DNA of 64,000 nt from Candidatus Sericytochromatia bacterium (GCA_040400605.1 JBBAPZ010000006.1:2908-66907); one strand, 5' to 3'; counted from the first letter of the stretch, positions 18,485 to 28,655 are shown. Program-made: numbers and translations. Notes: generated by a model from the sequence alone, not told the origin.

Positions 18485-19933
18485 TTAACGCGGTCCCCTC
18501 AAAGGACCGGTTCCACCGCGCGCTGCACCGGTCTCGCCCGCGCGTTGCGGTGTGTTTGAGGGCAGGGGTTTGGAAGGGGTGCGCGCCGGCGGATTCGCGC
18601 TTTGCACGTTGTTGTTGCGGGCAATTGGCCGCTGCTCAGATGTGCCCGTTTCTGCGCGAAGCACCGATTGTGGTGGAACTGGGGGCACGACTGGTTCCGG
18701 TTCAGGTGCCTCGGGGGGCGCCTCCAGCTGCGCGAGTGCTTCACGCTCCGCCCGCTCCCGGGCCTCGACCGCTTCTTTGCGAGCACGCAAAATCGCATCC
18801 GCAGATTCCTTGAAGTTGCGCATCTCGGCGCGCAGCAGCATCGCCATGCCCTGTTTGTCTTCCGCGGTTGACATGCAAGTGGCGTATTCAATCAACCCCG
18901 AGCGGTACAGGGTCAAGAGTGCCTGATTGGTGCTTTGCATGCCATCATAGCCGCCATTCTTGATTAACTCGTAGAGTTGATCCAATTGCCCTTTGATGAT
19001 CAAGTCGCGCACGGCTGGCGTGTTCACCATGATATCCAAAATTGGTAAACGCCCTTTGCCATCCGAACGCGGCACGAGGCGCTGTGCGATACAACAACGC
19101 AGGGTGTTGGCAATCGATTTGCGGATTGTCTCTTGCTCACTCGGTGGAAACGCATTCACCAAGCGGCTGATTGTCTGAACTGAATCATTGGTGTGCAAGG
19201 TCGATAACACCAAATGCCCCGTTTCAGCGCCTTTGATGGCAAGCTCTATGGTTTCGCGATCCCGCAACTCACCAATCAGAATCACGTTTGGCGCTTGACG
19301 CAACGCGGACTTGAGCGCCCGCGCAAACGAATTGGTGTCTTTGCCAACCTCGCGTTGACTGATGATACAATTTTTGTGCGGATGCACCAATTCGATCGGG
19401 TCTTCGATGCTGACCAGATGTCCGTGAATGGTTTCATTGATAAAGTTGATTACCGCTCCCAGTGTGGTGGACTTGCCTGATCCCGTCGGGCCTGTTACCA
19501 ACACAAGGCCCTGCTTCTCCAACGCAATTTTTTTCAAAACCGGCGGTAATCCAAGTTCATCCGCCGAACGAATATCATTCTGGATAATGCGCAAAACCGC
19601 ACCCACGGTCCCGAGATTCATAAAAATGTTGGCACGAAACCGCGCGAGGCCCGGTACATCGAACGCACAATCCACCTCTTTGTCGACCTTGAATTGTTCT
19701 ACCTGTGCACTGGGCAGCATGGCGAAAAGCATCTGCGGGATGATGCGCGGATCCAAAACATGACGCTCATAACCTGGAACAACCCTCACCTGGCCATCAA
19801 TCACCGCTTTAGGGGGCAAATACGCCTTGAGGTGAATGTCCGCGGCCTGGTGCGCATAAGCAGCCTGTAAAATACCGAGCAGCGGGTTATTCGATGCGGG
19901 GGGCACATTTGGCGCGGTTTGAATGACAGTCAT
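18485..19933 (-). CDS. pilT: type IV pilus retraction ATPase PilT-like, with about 110-aa Glu/Ala/Pro-rich C-terminal extension
   Basis: Walker A GPTGSGKST, Asp box, Walker B and His box (LVLSTLHT) of the PilT/PilU family. Start revised to MTVIQT (ATG 19933, with GGAAGG upstream). The upstream 45 codons of the track ORF look non-coding. Confidence 0.8.
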   Translation of the reverse strand: MTVIQTAPNVPPASNNPLLGILQAAYAHQAADIHLKAYLPPKAVIDGQVRVVPGYERHVLDPRIIPQMLFAMLPSAQVEQFKVDKEVDCAFDVPGLARFRANIFMNLGTVGAVLRIIQNDIRSADELGLPPVLKKIALEKQGLVLVTGPTGSGKSTTLGAVINFINETIHGHLVSIEDPIELVHPHKNCIISQREVGKDTNSFARALKSALRQAPNVILIGELRDRETIELAIKGAETGHLVLSTLHTNDSVQTISRLVNAFPPSEQETIRKSIANTLRCCIAQRLVPRSDGKGRLPILDIMVNTPAVRDLIIKGQLDQLYELIKNGGYDGMQSTNQALLTLYRSGLIEYATCMSTAEDKQGMAMLLRAEMRNFKESADAILRARKEAVEARERAEREALAQLEAPPEAPEPEPVVPPVPPQSVLRAETGTSEQRPIARNNNVQSANPPARTPSKPLPSNTPQRAGETGAARGGTGPLRGPR

Positions 19934-19958
19934 TACAATTGCCTTCCGGTCATCATCA

Positions 19959-20471
19959 CTACTGGCCCAAATCCTCTCGTACAGCCTCCGGAAGCGCCAA
20001 GCCCGCAAGTACGGTCGTGAGTTTCCTGACATCCAGATGATGCTCGTCATAACCGATGAGCGTTTCACTCACGTTCAAAATCGGCTCACGGTAGAAAGTT
20101 GCACCATGCGCCAAAAACTCGTGCATCAAACGCACACGAAACAACCCGCGCTTCATTGTGATCGGATTCGAGATCTCGTAATACGCTCCCCGGACCTCGG
20201 CCGCACAAGTCTGACATTTGTAAAAAACCTGAGGATACGTGACGGCATAATACGGGGTTTTCTCTTCGATGACCCGACTCAACGCCAACTGCTGGGCATC
20301 CGCATAAGCTGCACGCATCTCTTCCGCATTGTTGTAATCAAAGCCACCTTCTGAATCCATGGCCACTGACAACTGCTCCAAGAGCCTGTCTGACAACTGG
20401 GGCATCGCCTGAAGGTATGCACGTAAGGCTTCCACAATGAAACGCTCCTCATCTGGAACTCTCGCCTGCAA
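19959..20471 (-). CDS. hypothetical protein
   Basis: 170-aa ORF immediately upstream of pilT on the same strand. No recognisable motif beyond a CQTC pair. Confidence 0.45.
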   Translation of the reverse strand: MQARVPDEERFIVEALRAYLQAMPQLSDRLLEQLSVAMDSEGGFDYNNAEEMRAAYADAQQLALSRVIEEKTPYYAVTYPQVFYKCQTCAAEVRGAYYEISNPITMKRGLFRVRLMHEFLAHGATFYREPILNVSETLIGYDEHHLDVRKLTTVLAGLALPEAVREDLGQ

Positions 20472-20641
20472 TCTTGGTGACTTATACCCCGAAATGCGTC
20501 ATTCTAACCGTTAGAACCCCATTGAATTCATCCGTTTCGCGGAACACGCAATAACCATACGCACAGCTGACACGATCGCTTTCGCGCGCCAAGACAGGCC
20601 CTGTTTTACACAAACAGTTAACACACAATCAGCGGAACTGC

Positions 20642-20666
20642 CAAAAATCCTCAGGCGTGCCCTGAG
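20642..20666 (-). terminator. possible intrinsic terminator after the DUF5995 gene
   Basis: The minus strand reads CTCAGGGCACGCCTGAGG followed by ATTTTTGG, a 6-7 bp stem plus a U-tract. Confidence 0.35.
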
Positions 20667-20718
20667 TCAACCCCAAATCGGACGTTGACCCAGCCACGCT
20701 TGCCAGGTTCTGAAAACC

Positions 20719-21720
20719 TTAGTCCTTCAGGCGAGCCAAAAGCTTTTCTCTCACCTCAAACGCGCGGCGCATCTGGCTGCGAACTTCCGCTGGATTTCGG
20801 GATTTTTGCAACAACTGTCCTTGGGCCCACGCTTCTTGCCGAATCAACTGAAACGTCAGTTTGGCGGAGTTGCCTTCTCCAAGCAAACGGTCAAGGCCTC
20901 GTCCGAACGCAAACCCCTCGAGCAGCGGGTCACAGGAGTGTTGGTACCGTTCCTTCATGCTACGGGCGATTTCGGGATTGGCGAGATATAATGCGGCGCC
21001 CAGTTCAACGTACTCCTCTCGGAAACTCGACGGCGCCTTGATGGCCGCCAGCGTTTCCGCCAAGTCCAGCGACAGATGGGCATTGAAACCCATCCCCAAG
21101 GTACGCTGGGTGGGTTTGGCATTCTCCTTGGCGACTTGGTAATAAGACGCCCAAACGTCGCCGGGGTGCTTTCCAGTGACATGTGCGTGCAACGGCGCCA
21201 AAAATCGCCTGCCAAAATCAACCATCAATGCAGCGGTCATCTGAGGATGCTTGAGCTTGCCGCTCTCCAGGGCTTCCCACGCTTGCCTGCTGACTGCCAC
21301 ATAAGCCAGTGGAAACATACCAGCGGGGTCCTTCTGAGCAGACATACGTTGTGCGATCACATCCAGGTTACGATAAAGATCCAACGGCGTCTGAACCCGT
21401 TCCGGGTCACTCAACTCCGCCAACGATGCGCCCGCTGCACCGCCTGCCCTCGCGACGCCATCTCCCACTGCGTCGAGCGGCCTGCCAAGGCCATTCCCAC
21501 AGCCGGCGACCATCACACCGCACAACATAAACCCCGACATTGCTCGCTGCCCAGACGACACCCAACGCCCAACATGCCGCGACAAGCCTTTATGATGCAG
21601 CACCCGGTATCCGCACAAACCCAACAGACACCCCCCACTCACAACCAAACGAATCCGCACGCCAAATATTTCTTTCACCCTAGCTAGTGTATCTGGCCGG
21701 TGCGATTCCTTCATGCGCAA
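20719..21720 (-). CDS. DUF5995-like protein, probable lipoprotein
   Basis: GFNAHLSLDL and LAPLHAHV blocks resemble DUF5995. An internal MLCGVMVAGC signal suggests the true start is downstream of the track start. Confidence 0.45.
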   Translation of the reverse strand: MRMKESHRPDTLARVKEIFGVRIRLVVSGGCLLGLCGYRVLHHKGLSRHVGRWVSSGQRAMSGFMLCGVMVAGCGNGLGRPLDAVGDGVARAGGAAGASLAELSDPERVQTPLDLYRNLDVIAQRMSAQKDPAGMFPLAYVAVSRQAWEALESGKLKHPQMTAALMVDFGRRFLAPLHAHVTGKHPGDVWASYYQVAKENAKPTQRTLGMGFNAHLSLDLAETLAAIKAPSSFREEYVELGAALYLANPEIARSMKERYQHSCDPLLEGFAFGRGLDRLLGEGNSAKLTFQLIRQEAWAQGQLLQKSRNPAEVRSQMRRAFEVREKLLARLKD

Positions 21721-21879
21721 ACCGTGAAAATGTTAAACAAAATTTAATCCAGGATTAAACCCTACATTACCAATTGGCGCGTCAGTTGGGTGGTTCAGGT
21801 AGCGATAAGCGGAATGTGACGGCCAATTGAGTTGGTTCCAGCGGTCTGCTAGTTGAGAATACGAGGAGTGCAAGAGTTT

Positions 21880-22302
21880 ATGAGTTTGATCGATCGCCAT
21901 TCGACGCCCCAGAACATGGCCTGTTTGGCGCCGACGCGGTACGACCAGGGTTTGATGGTGTCGGCAGCCAACGATAAAGCATTGTCGCCTGAAACCTCAA
22001 TGGCGCTCAGCCAACGCTACGGTGCGGGAATCATCAGCCAGGATGCCTTTCAGAAAGTGATTGCCGTGGGACGCCAGAAGGGGTCTGCTTACGTGGACAA
22101 GTTGTACCGCCAAGGAGGCGTTGCTGCTTTTGAGAAATCGGGGGACTTCGCAGCGGTGGACAAGGCTGTTGAGGAAGGCAGGGTAAAAGCAAGCGAGCAG
22201 GCCGTCGGTGAGAGTGATTATGGGGGTCGGATCGTCGCGTTATTCAACGCCATCTTTGGAAAACCGACTGAAAAAACGGGATGTGAGCCCTTGGGTTACT
22301 AA
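21880..22302 (+). CDS. hypothetical protein
   Basis: ATG at 21880 lies 11 nt after GAGGAG. The 140-aa product has no recognisable motif. Confidence 0.4.
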   Translation: MSLIDRHSTPQNMACLAPTRYDQGLMVSAANDKALSPETSMALSQRYGAGIISQDAFQKVIAVGRQKGSAYVDKLYRQGGVAAFEKSGDFAAVDKAVEEGRVKASEQAVGESDYGGRIVALFNAIFGKPTEKTGCEPLGY

Positions 22303-22407
22303 CTGGTTGGGTCAGAACCAACCAAGAGAATCTGACAGCAGGTGTGGTCACTCTCCTGATAAAGCGGGTGACCTATTTCGATTAGATGTCCACCTTTATA
22401 AAGAAAC

Positions 22408-22428
22408 GCGTTGATTGGTGATCAAATT
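22408..22428 (+). repeat. short dispersed motif GCGTTGATTGGTGATCAAATT (copy 2)
   Basis: Identical 18-mer to copy 1. Sits between convergent genes. Confidence 0.5.
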
Positions 22429-22609
22429 TTGGTTGTTGTTCATAAAAAGCGAGTCAGCGCTTGATGTTTTAAGTTTTTCGCTTAAGCTTTGAACAAAAAC
22501 CGATGCGTCGCTGTATAACCTTTGCTGCCTGGTCAGTGCTTACAAGCAGGACCGAGGTCTGCGGTATCGTGACTTGCTCTGTCTCGTGCCTGGTTACGGT
22601 GGTTTGGTA

Positions 22610-23941
22610 TCAGGTTGTACCCAACGTGTGGTCGAGGGTGCGGAGCAGTTTGCCGGTGGTTGGGTGTCGAGGCAGGGCGCCTGGCTCGACGCACTCGATA
22701 AGCAAGGGTGCGACATACCCGTGGTCGATCAGACGTTTCAAATCCGGTTTCGCCGTTTCAATCGCGTGTCGAATCTGTGCAGTGCGGGCGTGACCGTGAT
22801 CCGGTGCTGGTTTTTCGGTCAGTTCAATCCGTAGGGTTAACTGATCAACCATATCCGCGCGACTTTTGACCAGTTGCAGATGGGCATGGCGATCGGGTAA
22901 TGCTTGTAATGCAGCGGTGATCTCAGCATGGCTAACCACGGCATAGCCAATGCGCAGGCTGTCTGAACCCCGACCCAATAACTCAAAGACCGGAGAACTT
23001 CGCCCACAAGGGCAATCCTCTGCTTGCCAGCGCCCCAAATCCCCAACGACGTAGCGAATGACGGGCTGCCAAAACCGTTCGAAATTCGTCACCACCAAGA
23101 GCCCGGTTTCACCAGGCGCACACGCCGCGAGCGTTTCAGGATTGATGATCTCAAGATGACAATGGCCAGTGAGCACGTGATGGTGGCCGCCTTCGGTGAA
23201 AGGACACTGGTATCCGATCAAGCCTGCGTCAACGGCTGCATAACCCGCGGAATGAATGGTGTCAGCATTCAACATCGCCTTGAGATGCGCTTTCTCGGCG
23301 GCGTAAAGATGCTCTCCCGCGTAGAAAACTTTTTGAACAGGGATTTTCTGTTTTGCCAGGGTGTCCGCGATGGTGAGCAACCACGTCGGAAAACCCAACA
23401 AGACGTTCAGGTTGAATTGTTTGATGTGCCACGCGACGAGTTCCGGATCACTGGTTTGGCTGAAAGGAAAAATCAGGCAGTCGAGTTCCTCTAGCAGGCG
23501 ATTGACGAAAAGGAACGACGCATAAAGGTTTCCGCTTGCAAACAGGTTTGCAACCCGGTCAAAGGGGGCTAGCCCCGCTGCAAGGTACACGCGTTTGAAA
23601 GCTGCGATGGCGGTCTGAAACTCCGTATGGCTGAAAAGCGAGAAATTGGGTTCTCCGGTCGTGCCGCCGGTGCGAAAGACATAACCGGATGCCATTGGTG
23701 CACATAAAGCGCGCTCTCCATAGGGCGGGGAGTGCGGCATCCACTCAGCCTTGTGCAACAGTGGAAGTGTTTCAAGTTCGCAAAGCCCGCCCGTGGGTTC
23801 GCGCAGAAAGCGCCCACGGTGCAAAGGGGCTTGACGGTAGACGTGCAGCAGCAGGGTTTTAAGCCGTTCATCCGCCAAACATTGGCGTTCGGCAAGCGAC
23901 AAGGAATCCAAGGGATCGATCATCACACCGGCCATCATCAA
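22610..23941 (-). CDS. adenylate-forming enzyme of the phenylacetate-CoA ligase / coenzyme F390 synthetase (PaaK-like ANL) family
   Basis: FRTGGTTGEPNF phosphate-binding loop and overall PaaK-like length (443 aa). Overlaps the upstream GNAT gene by 4 bp. Confidence 0.75.
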   Translation of the reverse strand: MMMAGVMIDPLDSLSLAERQCLADERLKTLLLHVYRQAPLHRGRFLREPTGGLCELETLPLLHKAEWMPHSPPYGERALCAPMASGYVFRTGGTTGEPNFSLFSHTEFQTAIAAFKRVYLAAGLAPFDRVANLFASGNLYASFLFVNRLLEELDCLIFPFSQTSDPELVAWHIKQFNLNVLLGFPTWLLTIADTLAKQKIPVQKVFYAGEHLYAAEKAHLKAMLNADTIHSAGYAAVDAGLIGYQCPFTEGGHHHVLTGHCHLEIINPETLAACAPGETGLLVVTNFERFWQPVIRYVVGDLGRWQAEDCPCGRSSPVFELLGRGSDSLRIGYAVVSHAEITAALQALPDRHAHLQLVKSRADMVDQLTLRIELTEKPAPDHGHARTAQIRHAIETAKPDLKRLIDHGYVAPLLIECVEPGALPRHPTTGKLLRTLDHTLGTT

Positions 23942-25128
23942 AAACGCTCTTCAGGTGGTGCGATTTCTTGCATTTGAACCACCAGATTGCGAAATTCCGT
24001 GTTGCGCAAGTACACATCCAGGAAATGGCGATCGCGAGGGGTCAGTTGCACATTGGAAAAATCCAGCGGCAGGGTTGAGCGGGCAAAAACCAAAAAATCT
24101 TCTCGACCCTGCCCCGCACTCGCCGGGTGAAACCCCATACTGGGAAAATAGGCACAAGGCAGGAACTGGGCAGAGAGCGCAGCGCGTTGATGGGTGGGTT
24201 CATAAGCGCTAATCAACAACTCCATATAATCGACACCCAAATTGCGGGCTGTTTCAAACACGACGTGAAAAACGTGTTCGAGATGCTGCACCTCGGAACG
24301 ATCAACTTTCAACCCCACCAACACACCATGACCATCCTTGCCTTCATAATTGATGAAGGCCTTGACCTCTCCACGATCGGACATCAACAAGTGCGTCGGC
24401 GGATGGAACGGAAAAAAGTCAAGCAACAGCGCACCCTCGGATTGACATCTCCGATAAGCCTCTTCAACGAGTTCGCCCCGTTCGATGCGCAAGCGCAACC
24501 GATCCGGGACCGCGACGATTTCAGCCGGCTCAAGATTGTAGGACCGTCGAATGATGTCGTAAAATCCTTGCACCTCAGGTATCAGTTGAGGCAGCCGTCT
24601 GCGACTCTCAAACGCATCAGGGTGAAAATAAGCCTTGAGGCCATGGGTCTCGTAACTGCTGGTGCGATGCACATTCGGGAAAATTCCCAGACTCACGAAC
24701 CCCAATTTCCGCAACAAGGTGTCAGGCCCCATCGTGCGGGTCCGGGTGGTTGCGTAAATGACATCGCAGGTGCGTGCGACCTCCATCAACTCGGCCAGCC
24801 CAGCCTTGATGCTCCGGTAAGCCAGATTTTCCCGGCGCCAGTCACGTTGGGTGACTGCGGCAAAAACCTTGCCGTGACGCTGCGTGGCATCAACCAAAAA
24901 AATTACCGACCCAACGAGCTGACCTGACTCGGTTTCATTCACCAACCACAAACAATCCGGGTTTTGAAGCGCGGCCTCCCGCTGGGAACGCAAGTTGACG
25001 ATCGGCAAGGTGTAATTGCCGTCATAGACACGATGATATAGCTGCCAAACCGCCTCTGCATCAGCGACGGTCGCGCGACGCAAGGTCACCCGGCGGTTGT
25101 TTGAACAATCCAGTGTCGTGTGATCCAT
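23938..25128 (-). CDS. GNAT-fold acyl/acetyltransferase-like protein (about 396 aa, possibly tandem GNAT halves)
   Basis: LWLVNETESGQLVGSVIFLVD...RKLGF is a GNAT-like core. Start revised to MDHTTLD at 25128. The first 112 codons of the track ORF look like intergenic read-through. Confidence 0.55.
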   Translation of the reverse strand: MDHTTLDCSNNRRVTLRRATVADAEAVWQLYHRVYDGNYTLPIVNLRSQREAALQNPDCLWLVNETESGQLVGSVIFLVDATQRHGKVFAAVTQRDWRRENLAYRSIKAGLAELMEVARTCDVIYATTRTRTMGPDTLLRKLGFVSLGIFPNVHRTSSYETHGLKAYFHPDAFESRRRLPQLIPEVQGFYDIIRRSYNLEPAEIVAVPDRLRLRIERGELVEEAYRRCQSEGALLLDFFPFHPPTHLLMSDRGEVKAFINYEGKDGHGVLVGLKVDRSEVQHLEHVFHVVFETARNLGVDYMELLISAYEPTHQRAALSAQFLPCAYFPSMGFHPASAGQGREDFLVFARSTLPLDFSNVQLTPRDRHFLDVYLRNTEFRNLVVQMQEIAPPEERF

Positions 25129-25285
25129 GGGATGGAGTATAACAGGCCCGTTCGTCTCGTGCCGGGTTGAGCCGACAAATGTCACGCGTTCAAGCAAGGC
25201 ATGATATAGTAACCCGGATTGGTTGTAGACGCCCGCCCGGCGCCAAAACCGGGCACGACATAAGAACGACTCAAGGAGTGCTGTG

Positions 25286-26248
25286 ATGGATGCCTTGCTG
25301 CAACGAGAGATGTATCGCCAAATGTTGCTTATCCGGCAGTTCGAAGAGAAATGTGCCGAATTGTATGCGGGTGCCAAAATTGGCGGGTTTTTGCATTTGT
25401 ACATCGGCCAGGAGGCAGTTGCAGTCGGAGCGGTCAACGCGTTTGGCCCCGGGGATGACATCATTACCCATTATCGTGACCACGGCCATGCTTTGGCGCG
25501 CGGGTTGGAGTCCGGCCCCGTCATGGCTGAGTTGTGTGGCCGTGAGACAGGTGTGTGCAAGGGACGAGGTGGTTCGATGCACATTGCGGATGTATCCCGA
25601 CGGATGTGGGGAGGTTATGCGATTGTCGGCGGCCATCTGCCTTTGGCCGTGGGGTTGGCGCACGGTCACCAGTATCGCAAAACCGGCGGTGTCGTGGCTT
25701 GTTTCTTTGGCGATGCCTCAACAGACATTGGCGAGTTTCACGAGGCGATGAATTTTGCCGCGCTTTGGAAGTTGCCGTGTGTATTTATATGTGAAAACAA
25801 TCTGTATGGGATGGGGGTGCCCATTACCATGAATTCAGCGGTTCAGCAGATTGTTGAGAAGGCCCGGGCCTATGGCATGCCGTCTGAGCGAGTGGATGGC
25901 ATGGACGTTGAGGCAGTGCATGCGGCGACGCTCAAGGCGATCGCCCATTGCCGCGCGGGGGATGGGCCTTATTTCCTGGAGACGATGACGTACCGTTTTC
26001 GGGGCCACTCAATGGCTGACCCGGAGTTATATCGAGATAAGGCGGAGGTTGAGGAGTGGAAACGAAAGGATCCGATCAACGCCTACCGCGCGTTGCTGCT
26101 GACGAAGAACGTTTTGTCAGAAGCTGACGCAGCCGAGATCGAAAGCAGCGTAACGGCCGAAGTTGAGGCGTGCGCGCGCTTTGCGCTTGAGAGCCCGTTT
26201 CCTGCAGAATCCAGTTTATACGATCACGTTTACGCCACACCTGTGTGA
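25286..26248 (+). CDS. pdhA: pyruvate dehydrogenase E1 component alpha subunit
   Basis: ThDP-binding block GDASTDIGEFHEAMNFAALWKLPCVFICENNLYGMG. AAGGAG lies 7 nt upstream of ATG 25286. Confidence 0.9.
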   Translation: MDALLQREMYRQMLLIRQFEEKCAELYAGAKIGGFLHLYIGQEAVAVGAVNAFGPGDDIITHYRDHGHALARGLESGPVMAELCGRETGVCKGRGGSMHIADVSRRMWGGYAIVGGHLPLAVGLAHGHQYRKTGGVVACFFGDASTDIGEFHEAMNFAALWKLPCVFICENNLYGMGVPITMNSAVQQIVEKARAYGMPSERVDGMDVEAVHAATLKAIAHCRAGDGPYFLETMTYRFRGHSMADPELYRDKAEVEEWKRKDPINAYRALLLTKNVLSEADAAEIESSVTAEVEACARFALESPFPAESSLYDHVYATPV

Positions 26249-26304
26249 TTTGCAGCCAGGACCATTCGGCCCGATTGGTCGACATACGAGAGGATTGAGG
26301 CACC

Positions 26305-27273
26305 ATGCCAATCATCACCTATCGCGAAGCGTTAAGACAGGCGATTCAAGAAGAAATGCGCCAAGATCCCGGGGTTTGGATTTTGGGTCAGAACATCGCG
26401 GCCTACGGGGGGACCTACGCGGTAACCAAGGGGCTGTTTGAGGAATTCGGAGCGGAACGGGTGCGCGATACGCCGATTGCAGAAGCGGGTATCATCGGCA
26501 TGGCGATAGGCTCGGCGATGAACGGAACGCGTCCGATTGCGGAGATTATGAGCATCAACTTCACGTTGGTGGCAATTGATCAGATCATCAACCATGCGGC
26601 GAAACTGCATTACATGTTTGGGGGCCAGTGGTCGGTGCCGATGGTGATTCGCACGGCCAGCGGCTATGGTCAGTTATCGGCAACCCACTCTCAGACATTT
26701 GAAAACTTTTATGCATACATTCCAGGTCTCAAGGTTGTGATGCCGGCGACGCCCTATGATGCGAAGGGCATGCTCAAAGCGGCTATCCGTGACAACGATC
26801 CGGTCATGTTCATTGAGCATTCCAACTTATACGGCATCAAAGGTGAGGTGCCCGAAGGCGATTATGTGGTGCCTTTGGGCCGTTCGGATGTCAAGCGCGC
26901 GGGGACTGATGTCACCGTTGTTGCGTATTCCAGCATGTTGAAGCCGACTTTGCAGGTAGCAGAGGAGCTTCAAGGGCAAGGGGTGTCAGTTGAGGTGGTG
27001 GACCTGCGCTCGTTGCGTCCATTGGATCTGGCGCCAATTGTCGCTTCGGTGAAGAAAACCAACCGTCTGGTTGTCGTTGAGGAAGGCTGGCGGTCCTACG
27101 GTGTGGGTGCCGAGGTTTTGGCGAGTGTGCAAGAGCAGGCTTTTGACTGGTTGGATGCGCCGATACAGCGGGTGGCGGGTAAGGAGGTTCCGATGCCCTA
27201 TGCGAAGAATCTCGAAAAGCTTTGTGTGCCGTCAGAGGCTGATATTGAGGCCGCAATTCGCGCAGTGCTTTAG
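26305..27273 (+). CDS. pdhB: pyruvate dehydrogenase E1 component beta subunit
   Basis: Transketolase-like pyrimidine-binding and C-terminal domains (TPIAEAGIIGMAIGSAM...). Confidence 0.9.
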   Translation: MPIITYREALRQAIQEEMRQDPGVWILGQNIAAYGGTYAVTKGLFEEFGAERVRDTPIAEAGIIGMAIGSAMNGTRPIAEIMSINFTLVAIDQIINHAAKLHYMFGGQWSVPMVIRTASGYGQLSATHSQTFENFYAYIPGLKVVMPATPYDAKGMLKAAIRDNDPVMFIEHSNLYGIKGEVPEGDYVVPLGRSDVKRAGTDVTVVAYSSMLKPTLQVAEELQGQGVSVEVVDLRSLRPLDLAPIVASVKKTNRLVVVEEGWRSYGVGAEVLASVQEQAFDWLDAPIQRVAGKEVPMPYAKNLEKLCVPSEADIEAAIRAVL

Positions 27274-27317
27274 CGCCAGACACATATCAGGCGCGACAGA
27301 AAACTTGGAGGGATGAG

Positions 27318-28547
27318 ATGGCAACCGAAGTTTCGATGCCCAAGATGGGCTATGATATGGAGTCCGGCAAGATCCTCAGGTGGTTGAAGCAGGAGGGTGA
27401 CCCTGTTGCCAAGGGTGATGCGATCGCTGAGATTGAAACCGATAAGGTTGCGATTGAAATCGAAGCGTTTGCGAGTGGGATACTCGCACGCATTCTGGTT
27501 CCTGCGGGGGCTGATGCGCCGGTGGGCTCGCCGATCGGATGGATTGCACAACCCGGGGAAGCGCTGCCTGATGCGGGGGCATTGCCTGTCGCAGCCACGC
27601 CAAGTGTGGTTGAGACGTCGGAAGTCAAAGTGATCCTGGCTGGCGAATCCGCAAGCGCTTCCGCAGCGACAGCAGACGGTGAGCGCATCAAGGCGTCACC
27701 GCTGGCGCGGCGGATTGCTCAGGATCGCAGCATTGATCTGGGGTCGATCAGTGGTACCGGTCCAGGTGGTCGGATCGTCAAACGGGACGTAGAGGCGTTT
27801 GCAGCACCAGTTGTTGCGCTTGAGGCGAGTTCTCCGGTTCCCGCATCGGTGAGTGCGATTGCCGGCGGGGTTGTGAAGCCCTTCAGCGCCATGCGGAAAG
27901 CCATCGCGAGGCGGATGGTGGAGTCCAAGTCACCAGTTCCGCATTTTTATGTGACCATGGCCGTTTTGATGGATGAAGCGTTAGCATTGCGACAGCGTAT
28001 TAATGAAAAGCTTGCCAAAGAGGATCGGATTTCAGTCAATGATCTGATCATCAAGGCTTGTGCGGCGGCGCTTCGCAAACACCCTGGTTTGCAGGCGGTG
28101 TATACGCCCGAAGGCTTGCAACACCCGGATACCGTTTCAATCAGTGTTGCGGTTGCGCTCGAGGATGGATTGATTGCGCCTGACATTCACGATGCGGATA
28201 TCAAATCTGTGGGGGCGATCGGGAAAGAGGTGCGTGACAAAGCTGCGCGAGCGCGTTCAGGCGGTTTGTCGCCGGAGGAATACGGACGGGGTACCTTTAC
28301 GGTTAGCAACCTGGGCATGTATGGGGTGGAGTCGTTCACTGCCATCATCACCTTGCCTCAGAGTGCAGCGATCGCCGTGGGCGCCGTTGCCGCCGAGGCG
28401 GTCGTGAAAGATGGTCAGCTTGCAATCGGGCAGGTCATGCGCTTTACCGTGTCAGCGGATCACCGCATCACGGATGGCGCTGGCAGTGCGCAATTTGCAG
28501 CCGAAGTGAAGCGGCTGCTTGAGAATCCCTATCAACTGCTCCTGTAG
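27318..28547 (+). CDS. pdhC: dihydrolipoamide acetyltransferase (E2)
   Basis: N-terminal lipoyl domain (IETDKVAIEIEA), E3-binding domain, and catalytic DHRITDGA motif. Confidence 0.9.
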   Translation: MATEVSMPKMGYDMESGKILRWLKQEGDPVAKGDAIAEIETDKVAIEIEAFASGILARILVPAGADAPVGSPIGWIAQPGEALPDAGALPVAATPSVVETSEVKVILAGESASASAATADGERIKASPLARRIAQDRSIDLGSISGTGPGGRIVKRDVEAFAAPVVALEASSPVPASVSAIAGGVVKPFSAMRKAIARRMVESKSPVPHFYVTMAVLMDEALALRQRINEKLAKEDRISVNDLIIKACAAALRKHPGLQAVYTPEGLQHPDTVSISVAVALEDGLIAPDIHDADIKSVGAIGKEVRDKAARARSGGLSPEEYGRGTFTVSNLGMYGVESFTAIITLPQSAAIAVGAVAAEAVVKDGQLAIGQVMRFTVSADHRITDGAGSAQFAAEVKRLLENPYQLLL

Positions 28548-28629
28548 CCTCGGGCACGTGGTAACGATGACATCACGAGTGGTTGGCAACATTGTTTGCC
28601 GCTTGAAATCCGTTGTGTTTTAGCAGGCT

Positions 28630-28655
28630 ACCCGGATGGCGCGGCGCGCATCCGG
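28630..28655 (+). terminator. GC-rich hairpin between E2 and lpdA (possible partial terminator or attenuator)
   Basis: CCCGGATG-gcgcggcgcg-CATCCGGG is a perfect 8-bp stem. It is followed by TCTTCT, so the U-tract is weak. Confidence 0.3.

Noticed and set aside
22208-22414. 68-aa plus-strand ORF ending in the dispersed motif
   Set aside because: It overlaps the 21880-22302 gene out of frame. Its stop codon is supplied by the repeat motif itself (cgtTGA), exactly as at the tsaD end.
23938-25464. 508-aa version of the GNAT-like ORF
   Set aside because: The first 112 codons (MMSSPGPNALTAPTATASW...) are low-complexity and would abolish the divergent promoter region shared with pdhA. The ATG at 25128 begins the conserved part.
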